Source: Ramazzottius varieornatus (taxonomy: Eukaryota > Animalia > Tardigrada). From it: a stretch of 64,000 nt of DNA. The position numbers were made by a program, and so were the translations under genes. The notes beneath the pieces were generated by a model, which was given only the letters and a program-made list of their open reading frames with translations, did not search any database and had not been told where the DNA came from. Below are positions 52,677-64,000 of this stretch, one piece after another. The stretch is from positions 3,117,324 through 3,181,323 of the forward strand of contig BDGG01000001.1 in the NCBI GenBank assembly GCA_001949185.1, written 5' to 3'. Each line of letters starts with the position of its first letter. Within the stretch, counting starts at the first letter, position 1.

Positions 52677-52883
52677 GTAGCTCCAATTTCACCAGCTACG
52701 GCGATAAATTGCGAGGCAGAAGAATAAGCCGTGAATAACAAACGAAGAAGTAAAACGTCGTGGTTTCTAATATGAACAACTGGGAAGCTTATCCACATAT
52801 TTCCGTTCGGTTACGGTTGGCACACGAAGTTGTTTCAGACGTGAGATGCATTTTTGCGGTGGGCTTGTAGCGGTGGGCTTGTA

Positions 52884-53052
52884 CAAGTGTACCAAAAAAT
52901 TAACCGTCGATAATGGGCGTGGCAATTAAACGGGGGCTTAATGATCGTATGACCAATAACGGTCTTGGTTCGCCACATGTGCAAATTCATTGGCCATTTC
53001 CATCTGGCTCCTTCTAACACCTATTTTCGGCTGCTATTTTTTGGTACACTTG
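52884..53052. mobile_element. Small TA-flanked MITE
   Basis: TACAAGTGTACCAAAAAAT ... ATTTTTTGGTACACTTGTA, a perfect 19 bp inverted repeat including the TA. Confidence 0.75.
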
Positions 53053-55830
53053 TAGGGTGGTAGTACTAGTTCTTGTCGAAGATTCTTCGGATCGTTTAGC
53101 TTCTTGGATACCCCCACTTCACCTGACGGAGCAGGATGGTTTGCGACGGTGGACTCATATGGGAAGATCTGTCAAATATTAACGGGGTGCCGGACGGATA
53201 ACCATCCCCTGTGGAATTGGGCAGTACTGAACTCTTCTGTTGTCTTGCTCCCGAGCGCATAGCCTCCTGCCCCACCTATCCTTCTCTTGCGAATCGAAGG
53301 TACGAGTAGCCGTGGACTATGTTTTCTGTTGGCGCTGTGCGAAGCAGAGCAAAGCCACTCTCGCAAAGACTGCAAAGTGAACTTTTCTCTTTTTTCAGGT
53401 GAATGAAATATCAAATTTCATTGACGATCTTGACACTGCGTTTCGTGCTTCGCACCGTTGTTTACGGTTGCACGGACGTCATTGACAGTTTCATCTTTAT
53501 TATGGTTGCAGAGCTCTTCAACTTTCCAAGGCCTGCCTTGGACGATGGTGTTGGTTCGCCGCGAGACTGAATAATGCCCAGCTGGAATTTGGACTTTCTC
53601 CACTTGATGGCAAATGACAGCAGATAAGGCAGCTGTCCACGTTACCGTCAATGTCGAGTAACGAATATTCGAAGGGATGGAAACTGCCTGACTTTTGTGT
53701 TTGTGACGAGGCGCGGAGGCCCGTCTTCAGCTTTCTCTTCGCAGTTTAACGGATTTACCAACATAATCACCCTCGTCGGCAAGTGCTGGGTAAGCGCTTT
53801 TTTTATTTGTCTACATTGACGTTTTTCTTGTTTGCGAATGCGCCAGTGGGTGCTTATCGGTTGGCGCCTTTGGTGTTTCCGGTCATCACTCCAACGAAAA
53901 CAAATTCGCATGCCCCACCAAAGTTAAATCACAGCGTTAATCGCACTACCGAGTACTTCGTTTAGGCTTTTTTCTACGAAATTTCCATGGAAGTGTCCAA
54001 CAGGTTCGTGCCGGCACGGCCCTGTATATCGATGCTCGTAAACAAAATGCGGATTATTTCCGTGATTTTACCGTTTTATTCTTCAGCGACGGCGCTCTCA
54101 TCGATCTCAGGGTTGCGACCATGGCCACTCTGCAAGCATCTCGTGGAACATTGGCAGCCCTTGCGAGTCTTCATCCGGCTAATGTATTCACCATGCAGCG
54201 TCGTTCCTTCAAAGAGGTTAAACCGAGATCTGGCACTGCCGAGATGGCGCGGAGTGGCCAGTGTGGCTTGCGACTTGCAGAAAGATCGATGAGGACAACA
54301 GTCAATTTAACAAATTATTCCTGCTTCGGCAACTCGTTGAGACTTGAGTGAGTCGACAAGAAACGACTGCAGTGACTTCATCTTCTATGTCTCGCTCTTA
54401 AGTCGATCATAGCCGAATTATCAGTCGGTCATTTTGATTGATACTCGGCGTGGTGAAAGTGACATTAGCCGCTACTGCTATCGGGTCAGTTGAGTGTATT
54501 TCTGTCTCTAAAAGATGGTCATAAATTTCGACGGTGGGAAACTCGATGGTGGGAAGCTCATTTGGCGTTTTTGCTTGTCTCAAAATATTTTGGCCCACAC
54601 AAATTTCGACTATATGCGCGATATAAAGTTTACTTTGTGGGCGTTTCCTCTGTGCCACGACGGTTGTCCATATTTTGCTGGGCTATTAGAAAAGCAGTTG
54701 AATGTTGGTGGCGGGATTAGTGGACACACATAACACGTCGAGAGCGTAATACCGCTTGATCGTGGCAGCTTTACACTGTATTATCAGCTTTGCAGTGTGG
54801 TTAGAGCATAAAGTGGTATCTCTTGTTTTACAAAGGACTTGCAAAACTTGATCAACGCAACAACGAGACTCATCACTCTGATGATGTTCTGACTGAATAA
54901 CTTAAGCGATGTTCGCTCGCTTATCCAGCTAATGCTTTGTGGACGACCGAAGAACCTTGCGCATAATTCATATTTTATTCGCGTTTTCGTGAAGCAATAT
55001 AATTTTATGTGGATTTTTCGGGTCTTCCTTTACGCAAGAGATTCGTCGAGCAAGAGCAACATTTCCTTTTTTCGTGATTTGGTAACTTTCGTTTGAACGT
55101 TATCGGTGTGGTGTGTAGGTAGATGCGGTGTGTCCCTGTGGGCTACATTGGAGCCCCGAGGTTCGTCGGGTCGAGTCGTCGAGGTCTCGGCGGTAAATGA
55201 TTGAATTTACTAACGATTTCTTGATCAAAGTTATGACCACTCATGACTTTATTAAACGTGATAGACGCGCCACGGACCTGTCTGTGGCAGTGGAATCTGA
55301 TTCCGGAAATGTGTATAGGTGGACGTATTTATCGATCTGTTGTTGACTTGCGCGCTCAAAGCTCACCTGAGGCTCATGCAGATCATAGTCTACCGTACCT
55401 TTTCACGTGCGACTGATCGCTGTGATCATGGCTTACTTTCAAGCCATGAAATGGCTACCTCGTCGCAGTGAGACTTGCTTACCTGACGACGCGATTTAGA
55501 CTGTCAAAATTCCACGTGAAGAGCTTCCATCAGTGGCTAAAGTGTTTTAACCGTGCACCTCTCTGTGTGCTCTAATCTCCAACGGCCTCAGGACGTTTCG
55601 CGGCTGAGAGGTTAACCGTTTGTGGGTCAGCTGAATTCTGTTCTACTCTCAAAAACAGAGTAAAATTTTCCGTATGTTAAACTGGATTAAAGAGGCCTAG
55701 TGCGAATATTTTGAGTTTTCTGTTCTCGTTGAATGACAACCTGTTGTGGTTTGTCTTGCAGTTTGTCCTTGCCTGATGCGACGGGACTATCAGATTCTAC
55801 TGAGTGAAATTGTGATCCAGCTTCGTCGCC

Positions 55831-58359
55831 ATGAGCCTGGTCTCCGTCAACGGGGACGCCACGAGTACCTTCATCCGAGATAACGTTCCTAACTTAATTT
55901 CCCTGAACGAGGATGAGACAGACTCTGGACTGGGAAGTTCACACTCGAACTCCACGCATTCACCCGACATGTCTGCTGACAGGTTAGTCTTTGTTCTCTT
56001 ATGCATTGAAAAACTCTTCATATGAACTACCACCGAAGTTATGAGCTGGGATGTCGGATGTCAGATAAGATCTGGTGATTTTGATGGGTCGTTTTGAAGT
56101 GCAACCCATCAAAATTCTGCACCACGCTTTAACGACTGGCGTATTCAAGGAGCGTGATGCAATGATTGCCTAATGCCTTTTATCACCATCATAGATTGTA
56201 AAACAGGCGATAACACTAAACAATTTGTAAATTTTGCAGAGAGGGGCGGGGGGAGGAAAGCTTCGAGGACTATGGCGCGGCCGAAGAACAAGAACCCGAA
56301 TTACTGGAGCCGTTCGGCGACAAAAAGACCATTGTCAAGTAAGAAAAAATTAGCCAGACCCTTCATCCACAAATTTCCGACCGTATATTTATTCGTGTTT
56401 TTCTTATAGTTTGATTAACAGCAACAGTGGGACCTTCAACCGCACTGCTTCCGTCAGACGCTCAATACGCCGTCCTTCACCAGCGTAAATATTAAACTAA
56501 ATTTCCTTGAAGCCTTACCATTCGAGACTAGTGACTAGAATTGTTTTGTGGTTTTAGGACTGTTAGGAGGACGCCTTCGTTTGGGTTTTCCAGGTGAGTT
56601 TACTGTGGGATTGGGTGACAGCGGATGGGAGCTCGCATCCGCAGCTTGAAGTTAGACAAGCCGCAGTGTTGATCTATGGTCGAAAAGATGAATAGTAGAT
56701 ACTCGAGCAAGTGTTTTTGAAACCTAAAAAGTCACTGTCCGGAACGGAACAAGTGGTAGTGAGCACCGAGTATGAGAACGGGCAGGCGGCAGTAGTTTAT
56801 TCTATTCTCGATTGCAGTTCAAGTATGAAAGGATCTCCGGGCACACATCCCCCCGCTCGTTATGAAAATGATGACCCCGATGCAGATGATTGGAATAGCG
56901 TTGACAGCTTCCAACGCGAAGATGATGTTTACCAGTTGACTCAACAGATGGAGAAACTGCAAAATCAGGTGTCGGTCCTTGTCCAGAGCCAGGTTAACCA
57001 GGAAGATAACGTCAGCAAGCTTAAACAAGATAACGCGGCCTTGACAGAACGGTTAGCTGTTGTCGTCTCCTCTCCAACGTTTCTTCTGCTTTACCCATAC
57101 AAATCTTTCTTTCAGGTGCTTATTGCTTGAAGAACAGCTGAAGGACCAGGAACTGAAGTATGAAGAGAGACTGAAAGAAGATCACCGAAAAAATATGGAT
57201 CATTTGGTGCGTATTTAGTGCTTGTTGGTTCGAGGCAGGTACAGTGAGTCGGACACCCGTTCGAGTCACTCACCGCGAGACGTCACACAGACAGTTTCGG
57301 GTAGCCGATTTATCTGACTTGGCCAGGGGCAATATTCTGCAAAAATACGGAGTGAAGTTCTCTGCTAAGTCAGTGCCATAGAACCATGCTATCTTTTGGT
57401 TGCAGCAACGTCTGGAAAGGGACAAGCAGCTTGAGCTGGAACACCGGAATACCAGAGTATCCACTCTGGAGGCCGAAGTTAGTCAGCTGCGGACCGAGAC
57501 CTTCTCATTACAGTCGCTGACGGAAAAGATGCGCTTGGTATGCGTTGCTTATTGGACCATGTAGTCTAGATGCTCTAGTTGGTGAATTATACCTTGTTTC
57601 TTTTTAGGAAAAGTCTCACTATAATGACCGGCTTAGCGAAGCAGAACGTCAAGTCACTGAACTGAGCGAGGAAAACAGTCGGTTGAAAGAAGCGTCCAGA
57701 CGAGAGCGTGAAGAGGCTGCAAAGAAAGCTGCCACTCACGAGCAGGTTCGCTAATTTTTTGACGTAAATATTTCTGAGTTCTGAAGTATTGATCTTGTCG
57801 GATTTACAGGAAGCCGCGGAATTACACCATGAGTTAGAAATGTTGAAAGCCTACAAAATCGATAACGAACGATACGCGGCGACGCATTCGCGGGTCGCAC
57901 CGGAAAGAGTTCGCGACCTCGAGCAGGAACTTCAGCGAGTTAAGCAGGTTCGTCGACCTTATTCGCGCTATCTTTCTCGAGATAACGAAGTATGTGGAAC
58001 TACTTTTGTATTCTAGGAGAATATCAAGCTGGAAGAAGTCAATCAAGACTTGAACCTGATGGTCGTTTCCGGTCATATCCAAGAAGGAAAGTCGTTACTG
58101 CAGAATAACATGGGTAGCTTGTTCTCCGAATTTACTGACTCATCCAAAGATGAGGTAAACGTGAGTTTCCTTCCCTTCCCTTTTTGTTGCTAAGAGGAAT
58201 CAGATCGAACCAAGAATGTAACATTTTTTCGTGCAGATGCTCGAAGCTTTGAGGGAACAGCAGGAAGTGAACCGGAAGTTGAAAGACTATGTGGATCGAA
58301 TTCTCGTCGACATTTTGGAACGGGCTCCTCATCTGCTGGAAGTGAGAGGACCGAAGTAG
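55831..58359 (+). CDS. nuf: Rab11 family-interacting protein 3/4 (nuclear fallout-like)
   Basis: Coiled coil SKLKQDNAALTERCLLLEEQLKDQE...RLERDKQLELE and C-terminal Rab11-binding domain LREQQEVNRKLKDYVDRILVDILERAPHLLEV. Upstream exons may exist. Confidence 0.85.
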
Positions 58360-60552
58360 TTGTTACATTTGTTTTTCGTGTTTGAGTGGAGTTGTTTGAC
58401 TGGAAAGGTACGTTCTCGTTTACGCGGATCTCTGCCTTGAGTACCGGCCATGAAACGTGTCTTTGTCAAAGCCAGTCTTTCCTTGTATGAATCGTCCAAG
58501 ATGCTCCGGCCGGAAGCGTGTTTTTGATTCCTTTTACCTGTTGACCAATTACTGTTTCAATAATTCTTCTGGCTCATGATCCGTTTTGAGAAGTTTCTTA
58601 TGTTTTTATCCTGTCGCACCTTCGGTCTCTAAGACTGTGATGGGCTTTGCCAATAACCTTTCGCTCCATTTTATTCAGTACTTTATTTTGGCTACCGTTT
58701 GTCGAGTTTCGTTTGTCGAGTTTCGTTTGTCGACTATCGTTAACCATTGTGCGAAAAATAAAACCAATATGAACGCAGAACTAGCGAGAAGATTTCCAGA
58801 CGTTCATTTGCCCACATAGATGGGGATGTGGGCAAATGAACGGAAGCACATTGTATCTCCCATTGGCGCAGCTCTCCGTCGATAACCATGAAAACGTGCG
58901 CCACTAGGGATAACGATCTGGTTCAAGTGAATTGACAAGACGTATCAATTTCTCGATGAGACCATGAGAGGGATTCAAAGCCGGCTGATTGTCAAATCCA
59001 GGTGTCTTCAATGTTCACCGGAACACGGAAAACAGAGAACAAGTTACTGAAATGTAATCACGAAATCATCAGGAAAGGCTTTTGGTGGAGGCGTGAAACG
59101 GCATACGATCGTCAACCAGCGAAGACGTTCGACAGTAGGAATTAGGAAACACCACCATAAATACGTCCCCCATGTTTCGTCTACTCCCCCGTGAACACGT
59201 GGTCGTGCGCATTAGTCGACTATAAGAGATATCACGTGATCACGGGATGGGATGCGTTTTGTAAACTATATAGTGCAAGCAAAGTTCTCGGCACAGGCTG
59301 TTTCCTCTTTTCACCACGCCCAGTTCATCCGAATCCAAAGTTTTCAGTTTCTTCGTCCCTCTTTTCTCGTCGTTGCGTTCCTCCGTCGATCTTATCCTTG
59401 CGTCCAGACATATTTCTCCCGGGACTGCGCGCGAAAGAAGGCCAGGAGCTATTCCCAGAATTGATCAAACTTGTACCTCGAGCCAGTTCACGGTGATCTG
59501 CTTGGCAGGCAGAAGGCATCAAAATGCCATAAAGATCGGCTGATCGAACACCGGTAATTGGTCAAGCACAATTAGGGTCCAAGTCGACGGAATTTCTGTT
59601 CACGCTCCTAGCAAGCCTGGCAAGTTGCGTTCTCAGTAGGCATCATTAGCGCGTAATAAACCGCGTGAAAAATTTTCCTACCAAGCGAAACTTGGCCAGC
59701 AGCCCCCGCTCTTCCCATGTTATAACTTCAAGCACCGAACAGGCCTGCTTGCCGCCTTCATCTGTGCCATATGACTGTTGTATAAGGGTGTGCCCGGCTT
59801 GTCTTGTGCGTCGGAAATTGTTTGAAGTGCAAAAAGTTCACCGAAGCACTCCTTTCCAAATTTGATCTACCGACAGCAAGATGTCCACCCGAAATTCCAG
59901 GAAGTAAAAGTGCGGAATGAGCGGAAGAGCTAGCTTGCAGTTCTTGTTCACGCGTACTGCTTGCTTCTCGGCTCCCTTCTGCTATGGTCAATCTTCCTTA
60001 GTTAAGAACAAGACAGAGCTGATTGCCCTGTATGAACGCTTTTCTTCTTGCTTGAGAAAGAGCTTAGCTCGTGATTCCACGAAGAGGAATCCTGTTCACA
60101 GTCTGCCTGCCCAGTAGTCAGTTTAACGATCAAGCCGGGAGGCTGCTTGCCAAGCGATCACCGTGAACTGGCTCCTCGTCCTCGTAACTCGTAAGCTTTT
60201 CTACTATGCCAGGTCTTTGAGCAACAAAGTAATCAAAGGAAGGATGAGCATAGGCTGCACATCGTATAAGTGGTTCTGCAGCAGCGGAGCGTGCTCTCGT
60301 AGGCGTGACCAGAAGGATCTCCGCCCTGTCTGTGCTGGAACCAATCACGCGGCAGATATTCTGACCGCATTTATAGTAGTGGATACTGGAGCCGTATGGT
60401 CGAACCAGCGGATCCGCTTCATTGAAAATGCCCGCGAGCGGAAGGCAATGAATGAACTCTTGACATGGGAAACGGTTTCATCGACCAGACTTTTCTTCTT
60501 CTCGTTGGCTAACGTCTTGTCACCGAACGGGTTAACTTCACCTTCCGGAAGG

Positions 60553-63099
60553 ATGGCTCGGTATGCTCAAGAAGTCCCGAAAAAACACATGGGTCGTGTT
60601 TCCAAGCCCAGGAGCTCCGCCAAAAGATGCCAGGAAGACGAGAAAGAGAACGGAGCGCCGACCACCGGAAGCTCCCCTTTGTTCCTGAAGGACATCTCCA
60701 ATATCGCTTCCCATCCATCCCCGCACTCCATCATCCTTCGACCAACGCGTTCAGACTCTGGCCATTCCAGCTCAGCCGACGAGAACAGCCATTCGACTAC
60801 TCTTTGTTCGCCCAACAAGCAGTTGCAAATCGGAACGCTTCTGCAGGACGAAGCTCGGAATGGATTGGAATGGCTGGATGAGGCTGAGTGCCCGGAAAAG
60901 ATTCTTCAGGTGCATGGACGTTTCGCCAAGCTGAATGTGGAGTTCGGAAGGGGGTCATTCAAGACAGTGTACAAAGGACAGGATATGGAAAATGGATCAA
61001 CGATCGCCTGGTGCGAATCTCGAATCTCCAAGAAGGACCACAAGAGATTCAAGATCGAAGCTGACTTGCTGAAACGTCTGCAGCATCCAAGCATTATCCG
61101 CTTCTACGACTACTGGGAAGTGGTGGAGAGACAGACCAGGGAGAAGTACTTCGTTCTCATTACGGAATTCATGACATCAGGCACTCTTCGTTCTTACCTG
61201 AAGAACTTTTCTTCCAAAGTTCCTATGCGAGTCATCAAGTCGTGGTGCAGGAAGATCCTGAAAGGTTTAGCCTATCTTCACTCACGAAACCCTGCTGTCA
61301 TTCACAGAGATCTCAAGGTATGTCTGTCCTCCCTTCGAATTTCTCAGTTACTCGACAGGATCATTTTCCAAGTGGCGCATATTTTCGGCCTGTAACATCC
61401 AAAGTGTGCGCCGCTTGGGAAAGCAGTATTGTCGAGTTTCTTTGCTGAGATTTTAGTTGTGTTATTTTGCAGTGTGACAACATCTTCGTCTCCGGAAGCT
61501 CCGGAGCAGTCAAGATCGGGGACCTCGGCCTCGCAGTCATCGCGGATAGGAAAGGAGAAGCTCGGAGTGTGATAGGTACGCCGGAGTTTATGGCTCCCGA
61601 GATCTTCGACGAGCAGTACGACGAGTCGGTGGACGTTTACGCGTTCGGAATGTGTATGGTCGAGATGGTCACTCAACAGTATCCCTATGCGGAATGTGAC
61701 AACGCTGCGCAGATCTACCGAAAGATTACTGGAGGAGTTCGACCACTGGGATACGGAAGAATCGAAGATGTGGCAACGAAGGCTGTCGTGGATCGATGCA
61801 TTCGTTTCTCCAAAACCGAAAGGTAAGCTTGTTACAAATTCGCCTGTGTCTTTTGCACTACGTACCGACCTGTCAGACGCTATGAGAAACGCGTAGTTAT
61901 CTGTGCTTGGGTGCACAGAAGCTCTTTGTAGTGTTTAACCAAGAGCGGAAGGCGTCAGATTTTCGCGAACCTGCATACTGGGATGTTTCGCTCGAGCCAT
62001 GGCTTACTGCATGCAGGTGTTTGACAGCAGAACGCATATTGTTTGCGTTCTATCAGTTTCTCTTCTTTGTGCTTTGAACATCTTTTGACCCAGACTCTAA
62101 TCTGAATATGTTTTCTTTTCGTAGGTATACGGTAAAGGAGTTGCTGGCGCTGGAATACTTCCTGGACGAGTTGGATGTCCGGGTGGAGTTGGTTGATCGT
62201 GATCGGGCCATCAGTTACGAGGGCAGTACTGTGTCAGTCCTTGTTCGCTACCCAGAAAAGCTGGCCAGCAAGTGTAAGATTGGTGATTCCAGAGCGGTTC
62301 AGATCTCGCTGAATGTGCTGACAGATGACCCAGAAGTCATCGTCTCTGATATGGTCAAGCGCTCCCTGATGCCTGATTGCGATAACGTTCCCACCAACGT
62401 TGTGCGTCAGCTTCGTGAGCGAATGGCCGAAGTCCGGAAGGAACAGAGCTGGCATCAACTGAGTCGACTCCAGAGCAGGGCAGTCTCCTCACCTCTGGAG
62501 AAGTCTTCCACCGACGTATCTGATGCAGGTAACCAAGAAGTGGCGCCTGGCAAACTAACTCGACTGGATCGTTGTCCCAATTGTCGCATGCTGTTGCACT
62601 GTTGCTAGCCGATAGCGTGCGGCGTTTGGAAAGACGATCTTTAATATCGAGCTTGCTTGCCGAGGTCCCAAATAAATTCCATGATACGAAGAGTTTTCAA
62701 CAGACAAATTCAAACAGATTTGAAACATTGATGTCTGTTACAGGTACTCAATTGAACAAGGCCTCGAACTCTTCCCCTCCTTCCTCTCAGGGCTCCTCGC
62801 GTCCGGTTCGTCCTGCCTCGGACCTCCTCGATCTGGACGAGAAGCTGTCGAACATCACCAACTTCTCCGTGATGCGACACGAGTCGGTAAGCTTCAAGCC
62901 TGGCGAAGCGCCAAGACTTCACGTCCGAAAGGTGTCGGATCCTGGTTTGTATTCTTCGAGCGAACTGGCTTCGTTGGACAGTGCTGCGGAACGAGCAGAC
63001 ACTTCGCGAACCCTGACAGCGGAGGTTCAGACTGGTCGATTCAGAGTTGCTCCGACAGCAATGATTGGTGAAGCCAAAGAGAATATTACAGATTTCTAA
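60553..63099 (+). CDS. WNK: WNK (with-no-lysine) Ser/Thr kinase, ~624 aa, 4 exons
   Basis: [11 protein letters not shown] (catalytic Lys in Gly loop), [36 protein letters not shown]-terminal RFRV motif. Exons 60553-61317, 61473-61822, 62125-62528, 62744-63099 total 1875 nt. Confidence 0.93.
61343..61448. repeat. Palindromic intronic element, copy in WNK intron 1
   Basis: CTCGACAGGATCATTTTCCAAGTGGCGCA-27 nt-TGCGCCGCTTGGGAAAGCAGTATTGTCGAG. Confidence 0.85.
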
Positions 63100-63510
63100 G
63101 AACTGACCTAGTCTGAAAATAAACGTGTTGTACACCAGTACAACCAAACCAAAGAACTCTAGTGATAGAATGGTATGTTTACTATTTACTTGGAATCTCT
63201 TCGTTTTAGAAGACTTGCGAATGAGTTTTTGGTGGAAAGCGAGAAATCCTTTTTGATTTTTTCCTTTTCGTCTTTTCCTGCATATCTCATTATTGTATGT
63301 GCAGATATTTTGCAGAATCGAACGTCTTATCATATTACGAATCTTTGCTTTTGTTTTTCTTTCTGGGGCAGAATGATCGCTGGACGATCGTCCCTCTTGC
63401 ACAGCTGGCATTCAATGGACCTTTATATTTCCTAATAAATTGTTTCTAATCTGTACAGTTCGGTACACAAGGTCCAAGCAGAATCTCTGCAGCAAGTTCG
63501 AAGAAAGAAA

Positions 63511-63952
63511 TTAGGCTTCGTTAAACTCCCCATGCTGAGAAATGACCCAAGCTAAACCCCATTTCAGGTTAGTGAGCATCCATTTCAGAGCCTTCGTCCA
63601 CTGCTCCACAGAATTAAATTGGGCACGTATACAGTAGCTTGCGCCAGAATGGACATCCTTGATCCTCGCAGGTCCTGGCTCGATGTCGTACGGAAGGCAA
63701 AATCCCGAGTCACTTTTCTCCACCTGCAAAAGAACGTCCCATGGTTGGAGTACATTGTAAAACAGATTATTTGTGTTTGATACCTGAAGTTTGAACTGGT
63801 GAAGGCAATCCAGGAAAGCCACCATGGCGTTGTCGAACTTGGAATCCCAGAAGAACTTGAAGCCGCCGTCTCCGTACAAGGGTAACTTCTTGTTCTGATC
63901 GTCCAGGCATTCGATGTATGAATGACTGCCAAATGGGACTAGTTTATAGCGC
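63511..63952 (-). CDS. BECN1: Beclin-1/Atg6, 3' exons (gene continues beyond window)
   Basis: [67 protein letters not shown] (BARA domain). A 60 nt intron (~63724-63783) is read through in the ORF track. Confidence 0.96.
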
Positions 63953-64000
63953 TGAAAAATAAAGTTCATTCTCCTGGCTAGCGAATGTAGCAGAAGGACA

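Noticed and set aside
53100-55700. Short ORFs between the hAT pseudogene and nuf
   Set aside because: No motifs or codon bias; probably regulatory, UTR or intronic sequence.
19682-62670. CRISPR-like or introner interpretation of the recurring palindrome
   Set aside because: Copies are dispersed with a conserved loop rather than unique spacers, and they lie inside introns rather than supplying the splice sites.
13424-63952. Functional cluster of cytokinesis/trafficking genes (ZFYVE19, nuf, Beclin-1)
   Set aside because: Widely spaced housekeeping genes; no sequence evidence of co-regulation.

Overview
Eukaryotic, gene-dense DNA with short GT-AG introns. It is almost certainly from a eutardigrade, because it carries an intact 3-exon CAHS desiccation-tolerance gene (19535..20774, - strand, 243 aa). 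The compact layout is Ramazzottius-like, but the species cannot be fixed from sequence alone. Genes in order: 5'-truncated vitellogenin/apolipophorin-type lipid transfer protein; a four-TM MS4A-like protein; a single-pass membrane protein; ZFYVE19/ANCHR; an RRM-RRM-RING protein; an N gap; CAHS; SLC16/MCT transporter A; a claudin-like gene; lethal(2) giant larvae; then a ~20 kb transposon-rich island (Tc4/Tc5-type element with long TIRs, pogo-like remnant, MCT paralogue B, a solitary 5S rRNA copy, two hAT transposase loci, nested MITEs); Rab11-FIP3/4 (nuf); a compact WNK kinase; and the 3' end of Beclin-1. The main unexplained structure is a ~130-150 bp palindromic element (core CAAGTGGCGCA-N26-31-TGCGCCACTTG, loop AGCCAATAACA). 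About 15 degenerate copies were found by eye, 14 of them inside inferred introns. Exon boundaries were read by eye and may be off by a few bases.
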